Below, piece by piece: positions 41,228 to 50,378 of a stretch of DNA of 64,000 nucleotides (positions within the stretch are counted from its first letter, which is position 1; every line of letters begins with the position of its first letter). The notes below the pieces were generated by a model. It was not told the origin of the DNA and searched no databases. It saw nothing but the letters and a program-made list of their open reading frames with translations. The position numbers and the translations under genes were made by a program. Origin of the DNA: Bdellovibrionales bacterium (GTDB lineage: Bacteria > Bdellovibrionota > Bdellovibrionia > Bdellovibrionales > UBA1609); the NCBI GenBank assembly GCA_965199825.1, contig OZ241329.1, positions 544,001-608,000 of the forward strand. Reading direction: 5' to 3'.

Positions 41228-41972
41228 GAACCAGAACTTGAATATTGAGTATAAGGGATTTTCCCCTGATGCTGAATCAGAATACAAAATCAAAACCACT
41301 CTTACTGGTTTGCTCGAATCCTGCCCTTACGACTCGATCGTAAAGGCAAAGATCGCAGATCACGATGATCACTACCTTGTTGAAATCTTTGTTCATCATC
41401 AGTCTGGAAAGTTCAGTGCAATCGGTGAAGAGACCACTCTGTCCGAAGCCTTAAGTGTTGCAGCCTCGGAACTCACCGCACGTCTGCAAGACTGGAGATT
41501 GACCCGATTTAATCAAGCAAGCAAAGAAACCCAAGAGGGTTTGGATGTTTTAATCGTGGATGATGATCCATTGGCAATTCGGTTACTAGAAACCTGCTTG
41601 CAAGAAAATGGCTGTCGCACCGTTGCCGCCGAAAATGGCGAGCGCGCGATGGAAAAAATTGAGCGACAAAAATTTGATCTTGTTGTGATGGATTGGATGA
41701 TGCCGCGATTAAACGGAGGCCAAACCGTCTCGGCAATCGATCGCAAAATCAAAAAGAAAAACAATTCCTCTACCCAAAAAATTCCGGTTTTGACTTATTC
41801 GATTTGCGAAAAAGGAAAAATCCAGTTCCCAAAAACGGATGTGCTCTTTCAAATTGGTCATATGTCTAAAATTGCATCGTACCAGATTTTGCAAAAGCTC
41901 ACACGCGAACTGCTTCGTCAGGTCAAAGAGACCATGAGTCCCCAGCCCCAACCCGCTACTGTAAATTCATAA
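41217..41972 (+). CDS. HPF/RaiA-like domain fused to a receiver domain
   Basis: C-terminal VLIVDDD..VMDWMMP; N-terminal ~95 aa has an HPF-like pattern; SD GGAGG precedes the ATG at 41217. Confidence 0.7.
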   Translation: MPTENQNLNIEYKGFSPDAESEYKIKTTLTGLLESCPYDSIVKAKIADHDDHYLVEIFVHHQSGKFSAIGEETTLSEALSVAASELTARLQDWRLTRFNQASKETQEGLDVLIVDDDPLAIRLLETCLQENGCRTVAAENGERAMEKIERQKFDLVVMDWMMPRLNGGQTVSAIDRKIKKKNNSSTQKIPVLTYSICEKGKIQFPKTDVLFQIGHMSKIASYQILQKLTRELLRQVKETMSPQPQPATVNS

Positions 41973-41973
41973 A

Positions 41974-42402
41974 CTAAATTGAGCCGTCAGCAAGACATTG
42001 CTGACGGAGAGTTTCGCTGCAATAGCGCTTTGTCGTCTCAAGCAAATTATCAATATCGATCGGCTTTTTAAAAGCTTCATCCGCACCAATTTGAATTTTC
42101 TTTTTTTGGACTTCGGTCTCTGCGGTCAAAATAAAAATAGGTATTGTTTGAATCCGGGCATCACAGAGTTGCTGGGCTCGAAACTCAAATCCATCCATCA
42201 CGGGCATCATCAAGTCGAGATAGATAATATCTGGAAGGGGAGATTCCGAAGCCAAAACATTGAGGGCTTCTTTGCCATTGCCAGCGCATAAAACGTCATA
42301 TCCCTCGCTCATCAACAATGACTTTAATATCAGCTGAATATCGAGTGAGTCTTCGACAACTAAGACTCGGCTCTTACGCGTGGTGTGCACTTCTTCCCCC
42401 AA
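41974..42402 (-). CDS. CheY-like response regulator
   Basis: VLVVED, LDLMMPVMDG, ILTA, KKP. Confidence 0.9.
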   Translation of the reverse strand: MGEEVHTTRKSRVLVVEDSLDIQLILKSLLMSEGYDVLCAGNGKEALNVLASESPLPDIIYLDLMMPVMDGFEFRAQQLCDARIQTIPIFILTAETEVQKKKIQIGADEAFKKPIDIDNLLETTKRYCSETLRQQCLADGSI

Positions 42403-42408
42403 AAGATG

Positions 42409-42780
42409 TCAGACGGACGGTTGCTTTAAGAAAAGATCAAGCTCCTGAACAACGTGCTCATACTCAGACTTGAAAGATTCGAATTTTTTTAAAATTTCGC
42501 TGGTGTCCATCGCGGGATCAAGCTCTTCAAAAAAATCACAATCCGACGAAAGCTTTTCGCCACCCAGATTGGCAGAAGCAGACTTAAGTTTGTGAGCGAC
42601 GAACTTACATTTGTAATAGTCTTTTTGCATAATCGCTTCACGCATTGAATCGACTTGGGGCCGGTAATCTTTAAATAACGCCACAAGCTCTCCAAGCAAA
42701 CCAACACCAAGACGCGAAGCAAGCTCCGATGGAGCTTGCACATTGAGGTAAGAGTAATTTGTCATAGCTGTTTCCATCAA
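42409..42780 (-). CDS. Hpt phosphotransfer protein
   Basis: AHKLKSASANLG motif. Confidence 0.88.
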   Translation of the reverse strand: MMETAMTNYSYLNVQAPSELASRLGVGLLGELVALFKDYRPQVDSMREAIMQKDYYKCKFVAHKLKSASANLGGEKLSSDCDFFEELDPAMDTSEILKKFESFKSEYEHVVQELDLFLKQPSV

Positions 42781-43544
42781 ATTTGAAATTTATAACCCAC
42801 GCCAGATACTGTTTTGATTGAGTGGTCATAGGGTTGAATTTTTTTGCGGATGGTACAGATGTGTTTGTCGATCGAACGATCTTCAATAAACACATCATTG
42901 CCCCAAATGCTGTCGAGCAACTGTTGGCGAGTGAGTACAATTTGGTGACTCTGTACAAATTTAAGTAGGAGTTTAAATTCGATAGGCGTCATCGAAATTT
43001 GGCGCTCTTCACCATCAACATTTAAAAACACCGACATGTTTTGGACCTCAAGGCGAATCGGTCCTTTAGTGATATTCTCCGAAAAATAACGCCGACGTTG
43101 AGCTCTTAAAATTAATGAATCCACACGAATTAAAAGTTCTGCTGTATCAAAAGGCTTTGTGACGTAATCGTCCGCACCTAAAGAAAACCCTGCATACTTA
43201 TCTGAGATTGAGTTTTTGCCGGTTAAAAAGACAACAGGCGTACTCGTGCTCTCGAGTTGGTCGCGCACTTCACGACAAAGATCAAACCCTTGACCGTCAG
43301 GCAACATCACATCCATCAAAATTAAAGCATACGATCGAGAATTTATTTTTATCCGCGCCTCTTCAACAGAACTCGCAGTCTCGACTTGATATTTAAAACC
43401 TAAAGCTCGCTGCACGATCAGCTGTGATTCAATAGAATCTTCGATAAGAAGAATTCGACTTTGCATCATTGTGCCCGAGTTGTTGGACCAATTTTTGTTT
43501 TCTGGTAAAAGTTGTTTAATAGAACCCTCTCTTTTTAAGTTCAC
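42777..43544 (-). CDS. OmpR/PhoB-family response regulator
   Basis: REC domain plus winged helix (TPIEFKLL, DRSIDKHI, GVGYKF); start probably at MMQSR. Confidence 0.92.
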   Translation of the reverse strand: MNLKREGSIKQLLPENKNWSNNSGTMMQSRILLIEDSIESQLIVQRALGFKYQVETASSVEEARIKINSRSYALILMDVMLPDGQGFDLCREVRDQLESTSTPVVFLTGKNSISDKYAGFSLGADDYVTKPFDTAELLIRVDSLILRAQRRRYFSENITKGPIRLEVQNMSVFLNVDGEERQISMTPIEFKLLLKFVQSHQIVLTRQQLLDSIWGNDVFIEDRSIDKHICTIRKKIQPYDHSIKTVSGVGYKFQI

Positions 43545-43732
43545 ATATACCCCAATTGTAGTGCCAATATGATATGGTTTTTATCGAAGTTTTACGATGT
43601 TACGAAATCACGATCAAGTTAATGCTTTTAGTCTGGCTTTTAGGCCACAATGTCTTGACTTCCGCTACAGCTGCGAGTGCCAGGCTTTTGCTAGACATAA
43701 GTCATGTTTATCTCAACATGAGAAAATAACCC

Positions 43733-43759
43733 TAAAGAATCAAAACGAGACACCGAAGA
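43733..43759 (+). promoter_or_regulatory. sigma28 promoter of flagellin 1
   Basis: TAAA-N15-ACCGAAGA. Confidence 0.7.
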
Positions 43760-43821
43760 GTTATTTAACTAAGAACCCAGATATCACGGACTGATATCTC
43801 GCATCTTCAAGGAGGAAGAAA

Positions 43822-44670
43822 ATGGGGTTACGGATAAATACAAATACGGCATCGTTAAACGCACAGAAGAATCTTGTGGGAACGAAGCTTGGTCTCGACA
43901 AAAGCCTTGAGCGATTGTCTTCTGGATATCGCATTAACAGAGCGGGCGATGATGCCGCTGGTCTTGCGATCTCTGAAAACTTAAAAGCACAGATTCGTGG
44001 CTTAAAACAAGCTTCACGAAACGCTCAGGACGGTGTGTCCTTGGTGCAAGTGGCAGAGGGATCTCTAAACGAAATCTCTTCTATCTTAATTAGATTAAGA
44101 GAACTCGGAGTTCAGGCAGCTTCTGATACTATCGGACCTGTAGAACGCCAATTTTTGAATGTAGAATATGATCAGTTAGTTTCAGAGGTTGATCGAATCG
44201 CTGATGGTACAGAATTCAACGGCACTCAACTGCTCAGCGGAACTGGTTCAGTTCTCGACTTTCAGGTGGGTACACGTAACGATCCAAATATTGATCGTTT
44301 GAGTTTTGATGCTTCAAAAGCAGATGCCAACTCTTCAGCACTTGGTGTGAACTTAACAAGTGTTGCCGATAAAGCCTCAGCACAAAATTCTTTGACCGCA
44401 ATCGACTCGGCCATCGTGTCTGTTTCAGCCATGAGAGCCGACTTTGGAGCAATCCAAAATCGTTTACAGTCCACCATTAGTAACATTGGTGTGAGTGTAG
44501 AAAATATGTCGGCTGCAAACTCTCGAATTCGTGATGTGGATGTGGCAGAAGAGACGTCAGAGCTTACAAAGAACAACATTCTGTTGAGTGCTGGAACATC
44601 TGTACTTGCTCAGGCGAATCAGTCCGCACAATCGGCACTGACATTATTGAACAAGTCTTTTCAAGGTTGA
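43822..44670 (+). CDS. fliC: flagellin
   Basis: MGLRINTN, RLSSGYRINRAGDDAAGLAIS, SRIRDVD. Confidence 0.97.
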   Translation: MGLRINTNTASLNAQKNLVGTKLGLDKSLERLSSGYRINRAGDDAAGLAISENLKAQIRGLKQASRNAQDGVSLVQVAEGSLNEISSILIRLRELGVQAASDTIGPVERQFLNVEYDQLVSEVDRIADGTEFNGTQLLSGTGSVLDFQVGTRNDPNIDRLSFDASKADANSSALGVNLTSVADKASAQNSLTAIDSAIVSVSAMRADFGAIQNRLQSTISNIGVSVENMSAANSRIRDVDVAEETSELTKNNILLSAGTSVLAQANQSAQSALTLLNKSFQG

Positions 44671-44789
44671 TTGATACTTTAGGTATTTAGTTTACTGACT
44701 TAAAAATCCTGACTGAGGCTGTATCAGCCTCGAGTCAAATTGCAAACTTTTAGGCTTCACAGCTTTGAATGTTTATTCTGTTTCCTGCG

Positions 44790-44826
44790 AATAAGGCCGC
44801 TGGCTGCAAAGCTAGCGGTTTTTATT
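44790..44826. terminator. intrinsic terminator between convergent genes
   Basis: GCCGCTGGCT-GCAA-AGCTAGCGGT hairpin flanked by AATAA and TTTTATT. Confidence 0.75.
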
Positions 44827-46351
44827 AGAGCGAAGTCTGAATTTGTACAGACAATGCCATCACATCTACCGATGAAAAATTGCCATCAATTTTGACCTCG
44901 ACTCGCCCCTCTTGTAGTCTGTCATGAAACCATTTTTTTAAATGCATATGGTCCACATCAATTCTGATTTCATCCGAAATTCTCTCAAAGTCGACATCAC
45001 TTAAATCTTTTGAATACAGAGTTTCAGCAATCAGTTTGATCGCGGCTTGCAATGATTCTCGAGTACCTTCGTACACAACAATAAATCTTCCTTGATCCAC
45101 CGAGACTTCAAATTGGCCATTTGTCCATTGTGTGAGATGACGGAATAATTCTTCGTGATAAGGTTCAGATATCGCCATCAATTCGTAATCTGACCTCGTG
45201 TCCCGTAAATCAAAATTATAGATGATTGTAATTGTCGATTTTTTATTGCGCGTTGGAGTGACGTCAATATGGTATTTGCCACTGGCAGCATGATAATTAA
45301 CTGCAGATTCAGGCTCAGGCTGTTTTGCTACACTGAGTGGGTTTGGTCTCGGCTTGTAATGATCAAAATAGATCACCTGTTTGGGCAATTGATTTGGTGA
45401 GGTCCTGTAGTGCAAACTAAAATAGTTTGATCGTAGATTTGCGTCCTGTAGATCCGGTTTGCCAATAAGCACCTTAATCTGCCCGGGCTTGTAGCTCAAT
45501 TGCACCGAGTGAAGAATAGCTTGAGTCGCCGCCCATAAGGTTTGCCAGTCCCCGCCCTCCATTTGTTCATATTGAAAAATTAAAAATTGATGCGTTGAAG
45601 ACGAATCCAGCCAGACCTTGGAGTTTGCAATTTGGAGCTGGTCTTTAAGAGGCCGATCAAAATTATTGCTCAACTGATTTTGAATCAACTCCAGTTTTGG
45701 ATCTTCATTGGGATCAAGTTGAACCGCGACGGCGAAAACGTTTTTTTCAGATTGCCATTCGATAAATTGCGCATGTTCCGGCACCGCCAATCTCGGATAC
45801 GAAAGCCGGGTTCTGCGAACCGGATTGGGATAAAAAAATCTGGGCCTCACCCATTTGATATTACCCGTGGTGAAGTATTGTTTAAACTGCTCATGCATAT
45901 AATCTTTATTTAGTTTTTTTAATGTTTCCTGACTCCCTTCAGTCACCCGCGAGATCGGGTGGGTAGGATCTGCGGTTTCTCGCATAAGAGAGAGAATTTG
46001 CTTATCAGCATTATGCCGGTCGCTTAAAAAACTTTGTTGAACCAGTTTTTTGCTTGTAGTTAATTTGGGCTGGGCCAGAGCTTCCATGAATTCTCCCCTG
46101 GCATCATGGCGATGAATTGGATCTGCCAAGATGTTGAACTCGATATACTCATAATGAGTCTGAGCATAAACAGTCCGTTTTGTGGAGCGAGCAATTTGTT
46201 GGGCGATAAGATTAAAAAACCCAGAGGCATGAGGTGGATCTTGAAAACTTCCGACGCCTACGCGCACGATGGTGGACGAAGGTAAAAGATTGAGAACACA
46301 AGGATCCTTGGGTGAGGCCCAAGCCGTCATAAAAAATAATAAAATGAGCAT
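44825..46351 (-). CDS. secreted degenerate M16 (pitrilysin-like) peptidase homologue
   Basis: VGVGSFQDP..SG and HP.SR..EGSQETL match the M16A scaffold; HxxEH absent. Confidence 0.6.
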   Translation of the reverse strand: MLILLFFMTAWASPKDPCVLNLLPSSTIVRVGVGSFQDPPHASGFFNLIAQQIARSTKRTVYAQTHYEYIEFNILADPIHRHDARGEFMEALAQPKLTTSKKLVQQSFLSDRHNADKQILSLMRETADPTHPISRVTEGSQETLKKLNKDYMHEQFKQYFTTGNIKWVRPRFFYPNPVRRTRLSYPRLAVPEHAQFIEWQSEKNVFAVAVQLDPNEDPKLELIQNQLSNNFDRPLKDQLQIANSKVWLDSSSTHQFLIFQYEQMEGGDWQTLWAATQAILHSVQLSYKPGQIKVLIGKPDLQDANLRSNYFSLHYRTSPNQLPKQVIYFDHYKPRPNPLSVAKQPEPESAVNYHAASGKYHIDVTPTRNKKSTITIIYNFDLRDTRSDYELMAISEPYHEELFRHLTQWTNGQFEVSVDQGRFIVVYEGTRESLQAAIKLIAETLYSKDLSDVDFERISDEIRIDVDHMHLKKWFHDRLQEGRVEVKIDGNFSSVDVMALSVQIQTSL

Positions 46352-46453
46352 GAGTGTTTTTTGTCTGCGAGGAAGTTTAAATCAATTGTTTTTATGCTCG
46401 ACCTTGATCTTGAAACCCTAGGCAACCTTAATTACATCTTTTAGACTTTATTT

Positions 46454-47041
46454 ATGAAAAAATTCTTAATTGTTATTTGTTTTTTGAGTCTTCCAACCTT
46501 TGCAGCTGTGTCTCCTCTTTCGATCAACGTGTTTCCACCGGTGGAGTTCCCGCCTTCTGATTTTAATGTTGCGGGATTCCGCGCCAGTCTCCTTTGGGGA
46601 TCACAACGAGACGTGCGCGGAATCGATTTGGGTTTTTTAGGAAATATTACTTCGGGCACATTTGCCGGAGCAAGCGCTTCGGGTCTTTTTAATATCACTC
46701 ACGGCACCACAACAGCCGTTCTGTTTCAAGCCGCTGGAGCAGTGAATTGGAACTCCAACAAAACTCGGGTACTTGGAATTCAATTGGCGGGGCTTGTTAA
46801 TTATAATGAAGCTGAATCGGCGGTCTCCGGAATTCAGGCCGCATTGCTCGCAAACTTGAGTGCCCACACAAATATTTATGGATTTCAGCTCGGACTCTAT
46901 AACAAAGCCCAAAATGTTTACGGGATCCAATTTGGTTTGATCAATGTGGCGGCTTCACTTCATGGAATACAAATTGGATTATTAAATTTTAATTCCACCG
47001 GTTTGTTCGCGGTTTCACCGTTATTGAATGCGGGGTTTTGA
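46454..47041 (+). CDS. secreted surface repeat protein (LA_2272-like GxQxxxxN repeats)
   Basis: Repeated GIQL/GFQL..N units; ends in PLLNAGF. Confidence 0.75.
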   Translation: MKKFLIVICFLSLPTFAAVSPLSINVFPPVEFPPSDFNVAGFRASLLWGSQRDVRGIDLGFLGNITSGTFAGASASGLFNITHGTTTAVLFQAAGAVNWNSNKTRVLGIQLAGLVNYNEAESAVSGIQAALLANLSAHTNIYGFQLGLYNKAQNVYGIQFGLINVAASLHGIQIGLLNFNSTGLFAVSPLLNAGF

Positions 47042-47138
47042 TTTTTGGTTTGGTCTCTGCGTGTTTGGTTTTTGGGAGTCCGGGAGTTGTTTGGCGGCTC
47101 GGGTGTTTGTGTGTCGCTCGGCCGTTAGGGTACTTATG

Positions 47139-47678
47139 CTAGGCTTTTTTAGTTCGAGCATCCCATTGTTCTTTTTTGCGCGCCTGAAACTCTTGTCGAC
47201 TTACACTTCCCGACTCGGATTCAATTTGATTTGCAATAATGTAGTCAAAGATTCGAGCCTCATCTTTTCCTTTTGAAACCACACGAGTAAAAACTAAGCC
47301 ATCCCAAAATCTACCAAACTTTTTTCCTTTTTGAGCTTTTGTTACAAGACGTGCAATCAAACCCAAGGTGACTTTAAAAAAGGTTTTTAAAAGATGAATG
47401 GCTTGGAAGCGGATAAGAAGATGAAAGTGATTTCCAACATTCGCGAATTCAGCAATACGAACACCATAACGATGCGCTTTATCATAGATCAATTTTTGAA
47501 TCTGTTGTTTGTGATGAAAGTTTTTAAAACTCTTCACGCCTCTTGCATGCTCTGATCTCGCCACAACATGAAGGAGACGATTTTTATTCAAGGGTCTCGA
47601 CTCCTTTCGCTTACCTAAGTTCACTTTTCCACCGTAAGATTTCGTATTTTTGAATACAAATAAATTTTGTTGTTTCAT
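47139..47678 (-). mobile_element. HUH/Y1 transposase (RAYT/IS200-like)
   Basis: LHVVARS, NVGNHFH (HUH), FWD..FTR, DYIIAN (catalytic Tyr). Confidence 0.8.
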
Positions 47679-47780
47679 ATAATGCTTATACTCTTTTTAT
47701 TTATTAGATTCAATATTTTTTTACTTCTTATCAATGACGTCCATCAAGTTTTTTCACTTTAAAATAAGTTATTTCCCGAA

Positions 47781-48112
47781 GTGATTTGCAAACCATTTTT
47801 AAGAATCATCGGGCACTGTCATTTTGAGAAAGTAATTTAGTTCGTTTTGCCAAACGCAAGAAGAGTCATTTCATTAGAACGCCCAAATTTTCTTTCATTT
47901 AATGATCTCCTGTGATGCATTCAACTGAGCTGGAAAAAATTTTTAAAACACTGGGGCACTGTCATTTTAAGAAGGTAATTTACGTCTTTTTGCCAAACAC
48001 CAGAATATCATTCATATAGTGCGCCCAAAAATTTTTTAATTCATTAATCTCCAGTGATGCGACAGACTGAGTTGCAAAAAGATTTTTAAACACCGGGGCA
48101 CTGTCATTCTTT
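47781..48112 (+). repeat. ~143 bp degenerate tandem repeat (about 2.3 units) with GGGCACTGTCATT core
   Basis: Cores at 47811, 47954 and 48096; shared blocks GTAATTTA, TTTTGCCAAAC, CGCCCAAA, ATCTCCwGTGATGC, ACTGAG. Confidence 0.9.
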
Positions 48113-48579
48113 AAGCGCAAGTCTCCAGAGCTATGGTCTTGTCCAATTGAGTTTGAATAACCATGTAGTCGGAACAAGAGCTTTATAAGCACTTTCAATA
48201 AAACATTGAACAGTATGGTAGAACGTTTGGTTAAGAAAAGCGCATCACCAATCACGACAAAATAAGTTCCACGTGGCTTAGAATCTGAATTCTTAGCTCT
48301 AATTATAACAAAGTGGCTTGTTGAATCTTCAAAACCGTATCTCTATGGGAGCCAACGCACGATAAATATAAATCTGCTGAAAATAGATAAGTAATCAATC
48401 ATGAATACGACGAAAGATTTGCTTAATACCCCTATATATGTGAGCCAAATTATTCAAATGGCAAAGATCTAACGGTGGAACACATTCAAATTAAATTTCA
48501 CATTATTTATATCTTTCAGGTATAAGCAAGGCGAAGCAAATGACTTGGCATTCGGCCGAAAAGGTAATGAGGTTTATTT

Positions 48580-49899
48580 ATGCGCAATCTAGGTTTTATA
48601 GCTTTAACAATTTACTCAGTAGTTTTTTTTGTCGGGACGATGTCACCCACCTACGCTACTGAATCTCCGAAAAGGACATGCGAAACCCATTTAAGCTCCG
48701 AGCCCATTGAATTTGTCGATTATATTTTTGACCGATATGCATATTTAGGAATGCCTAACTCAGCCACAGAAGATGAGATTAAAAAAGAGATCGTTAAACG
48801 GAAAAGCCAAAATCATCCTGATCGCATGATGAAGCTTGGCAATGATTTGAGAAGAGCAGCAGAAGCAAATTGGAAAATTATTGAGAAAGTAGAAAATGTT
48901 TTGCTAGACGATCAGTTGCGGAAGCTTTTCGACGAACGACTCAAACAATTTCAAGATGAAAGCCCATCCCTTATTAGCAAAACAGGAACTGCAATCATAA
49001 GCTTGGAAAGAAATTTTATAAATACAGCATACTTGCTGAGCGGTGAAGAAAGCGACTTATCCGATCTGCACCAGCAATTAAGTGCAATGACCGGGCATAA
49101 GCCCAAAGATTTTGAACGGGCGAAGCGATTGTACGAAAAAAATGTTGAGGATATCGACTTCAAGGAAAATTACAAAAGCGCATTAGAGAAAAAGATTTCC
49201 TTTTTGGAAATTCTTGAAGAGTATTTGTGGGCCGCTGCGGGAATTTCGGGAAAAGCCTACACCCAATTTAAAGATCATATTTTTGATCCAAGTTTAATTC
49301 ACGAAGCCGTTCTTAGTCAGATTGAGCATGTCCGCAAAAATTTGATTCCAACGTTCATTCAAGAAAGAAGCCATTTACTTCTCACAAGCGCGGAAAATCC
49401 ATTGCTCTTATTGAGTTATAATTCGGTAGAGGGTAAACAGGACCAAGCGCTTATTTCCGATCATTTGGTTGATACCGTACACAACGTACAATCGCGATTT
49501 ACCGTTCTCAGTGAAGCGATAAAGTCTAATGCAGTTGAGAGAAGTCAAGCCATAGAGGATCTATTAAACTTATCAACTTTTAAAATATTGCATTTAGATG
49601 GTGCAGAGAAAGTAACTATATATTTATTAACCAACACAGATGTTGAGGATCCGATAGAATCCGCATCGGTTAAAGCTGCTGGTGTATTTGATGGAAAATT
49701 TCATTTGGAACCTATAAAGGACGACTTAAAATTTGGTGATTTGAGCAACGGCAATCATAAAGGTACGGTTGCCGCTGTTATCATGAATCAAAATTTTGGT
49801 GAAGCCTTATTAGAGATTGGGAATGCTTACAAACGAGTTCAGCGAACGTTTGGCGAAGAAATAGAATTAGGGGCGCTTCATCGCTCTAAGAAAAATTAA
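48580..49899 (+). CDS. signal-peptide-bearing J-domain (DnaJ-like) protein
   Basis: YAYLG....ATEDEIKK......NHPDR....VL.D..LRKLFD after a hydrophobic leader. Confidence 0.8.
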   Translation: MRNLGFIALTIYSVVFFVGTMSPTYATESPKRTCETHLSSEPIEFVDYIFDRYAYLGMPNSATEDEIKKEIVKRKSQNHPDRMMKLGNDLRRAAEANWKIIEKVENVLLDDQLRKLFDERLKQFQDESPSLISKTGTAIISLERNFINTAYLLSGEESDLSDLHQQLSAMTGHKPKDFERAKRLYEKNVEDIDFKENYKSALEKKISFLEILEEYLWAAAGISGKAYTQFKDHIFDPSLIHEAVLSQIEHVRKNLIPTFIQERSHLLLTSAENPLLLLSYNSVEGKQDQALISDHLVDTVHNVQSRFTVLSEAIKSNAVERSQAIEDLLNLSTFKILHLDGAEKVTIYLLTNTDVEDPIESASVKAAGVFDGKFHLEPIKDDLKFGDLSNGNHKGTVAAVIMNQNFGEALLEIGNAYKRVQRTFGEEIELGALHRSKKN

Positions 49900-50255
49900 C
49901 GGGCGTTTTTTTGATTTGGACCACTGAGCACGACAAGTCCAAATACAAAATTTTATCACCTGCGGGAATTTGCGATCGCAACAAACCAACCTCTTGAAAA
50001 TTGCTAGTGCACTGTCATTATTTGCACCAAACAAAATTAGTTTTAATAAAAAATGGTTTATTTTCCGCACAATCAACGAAGCATTAAATCAAACCCAGTT
50101 TAAAACCCCCTCGGAGATTTCGTTCTTGCCATACACTTTCTTGCAACAGGAATACCTTATTGCGTATACAAGACATACCTTCGTTCACACTTCAAACTTA
50201 CAAACCCGCCCAATATGATCCGCCTCAAAGCGATAAATTTGGACTAAGGTCCACT

Positions 50256-50282
50256 TCAGGTCTCAATGTGCGCCACCGAAAT
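50256..50282 (+). promoter_or_regulatory. sigma28 promoter of flagellin 2
   Basis: TCAG-N15-ACCGAAAT, same spacing as at flagellin 1. Confidence 0.55.
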
Positions 50283-50378
50283 GTTTCATAGAAATACAAT
50301 AACCGGGTCCATGAAGGTCCTGTAAGCCAAGGTTGGCTACTTATTAAGGATGATAAGCACGTTTAAGGAGGACTACTC

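Noticed and set aside
47061..47074. GTGTTTGGTTTTTG shared with 21258
   Set aside because: Low-complexity G/T sequence; a chance match is likely.
47980..48255. 91 aa ORF over the 143 bp repeats
   Set aside because: Repeat periods (143 and 142) are not multiples of three; no SD or recognisable domain.
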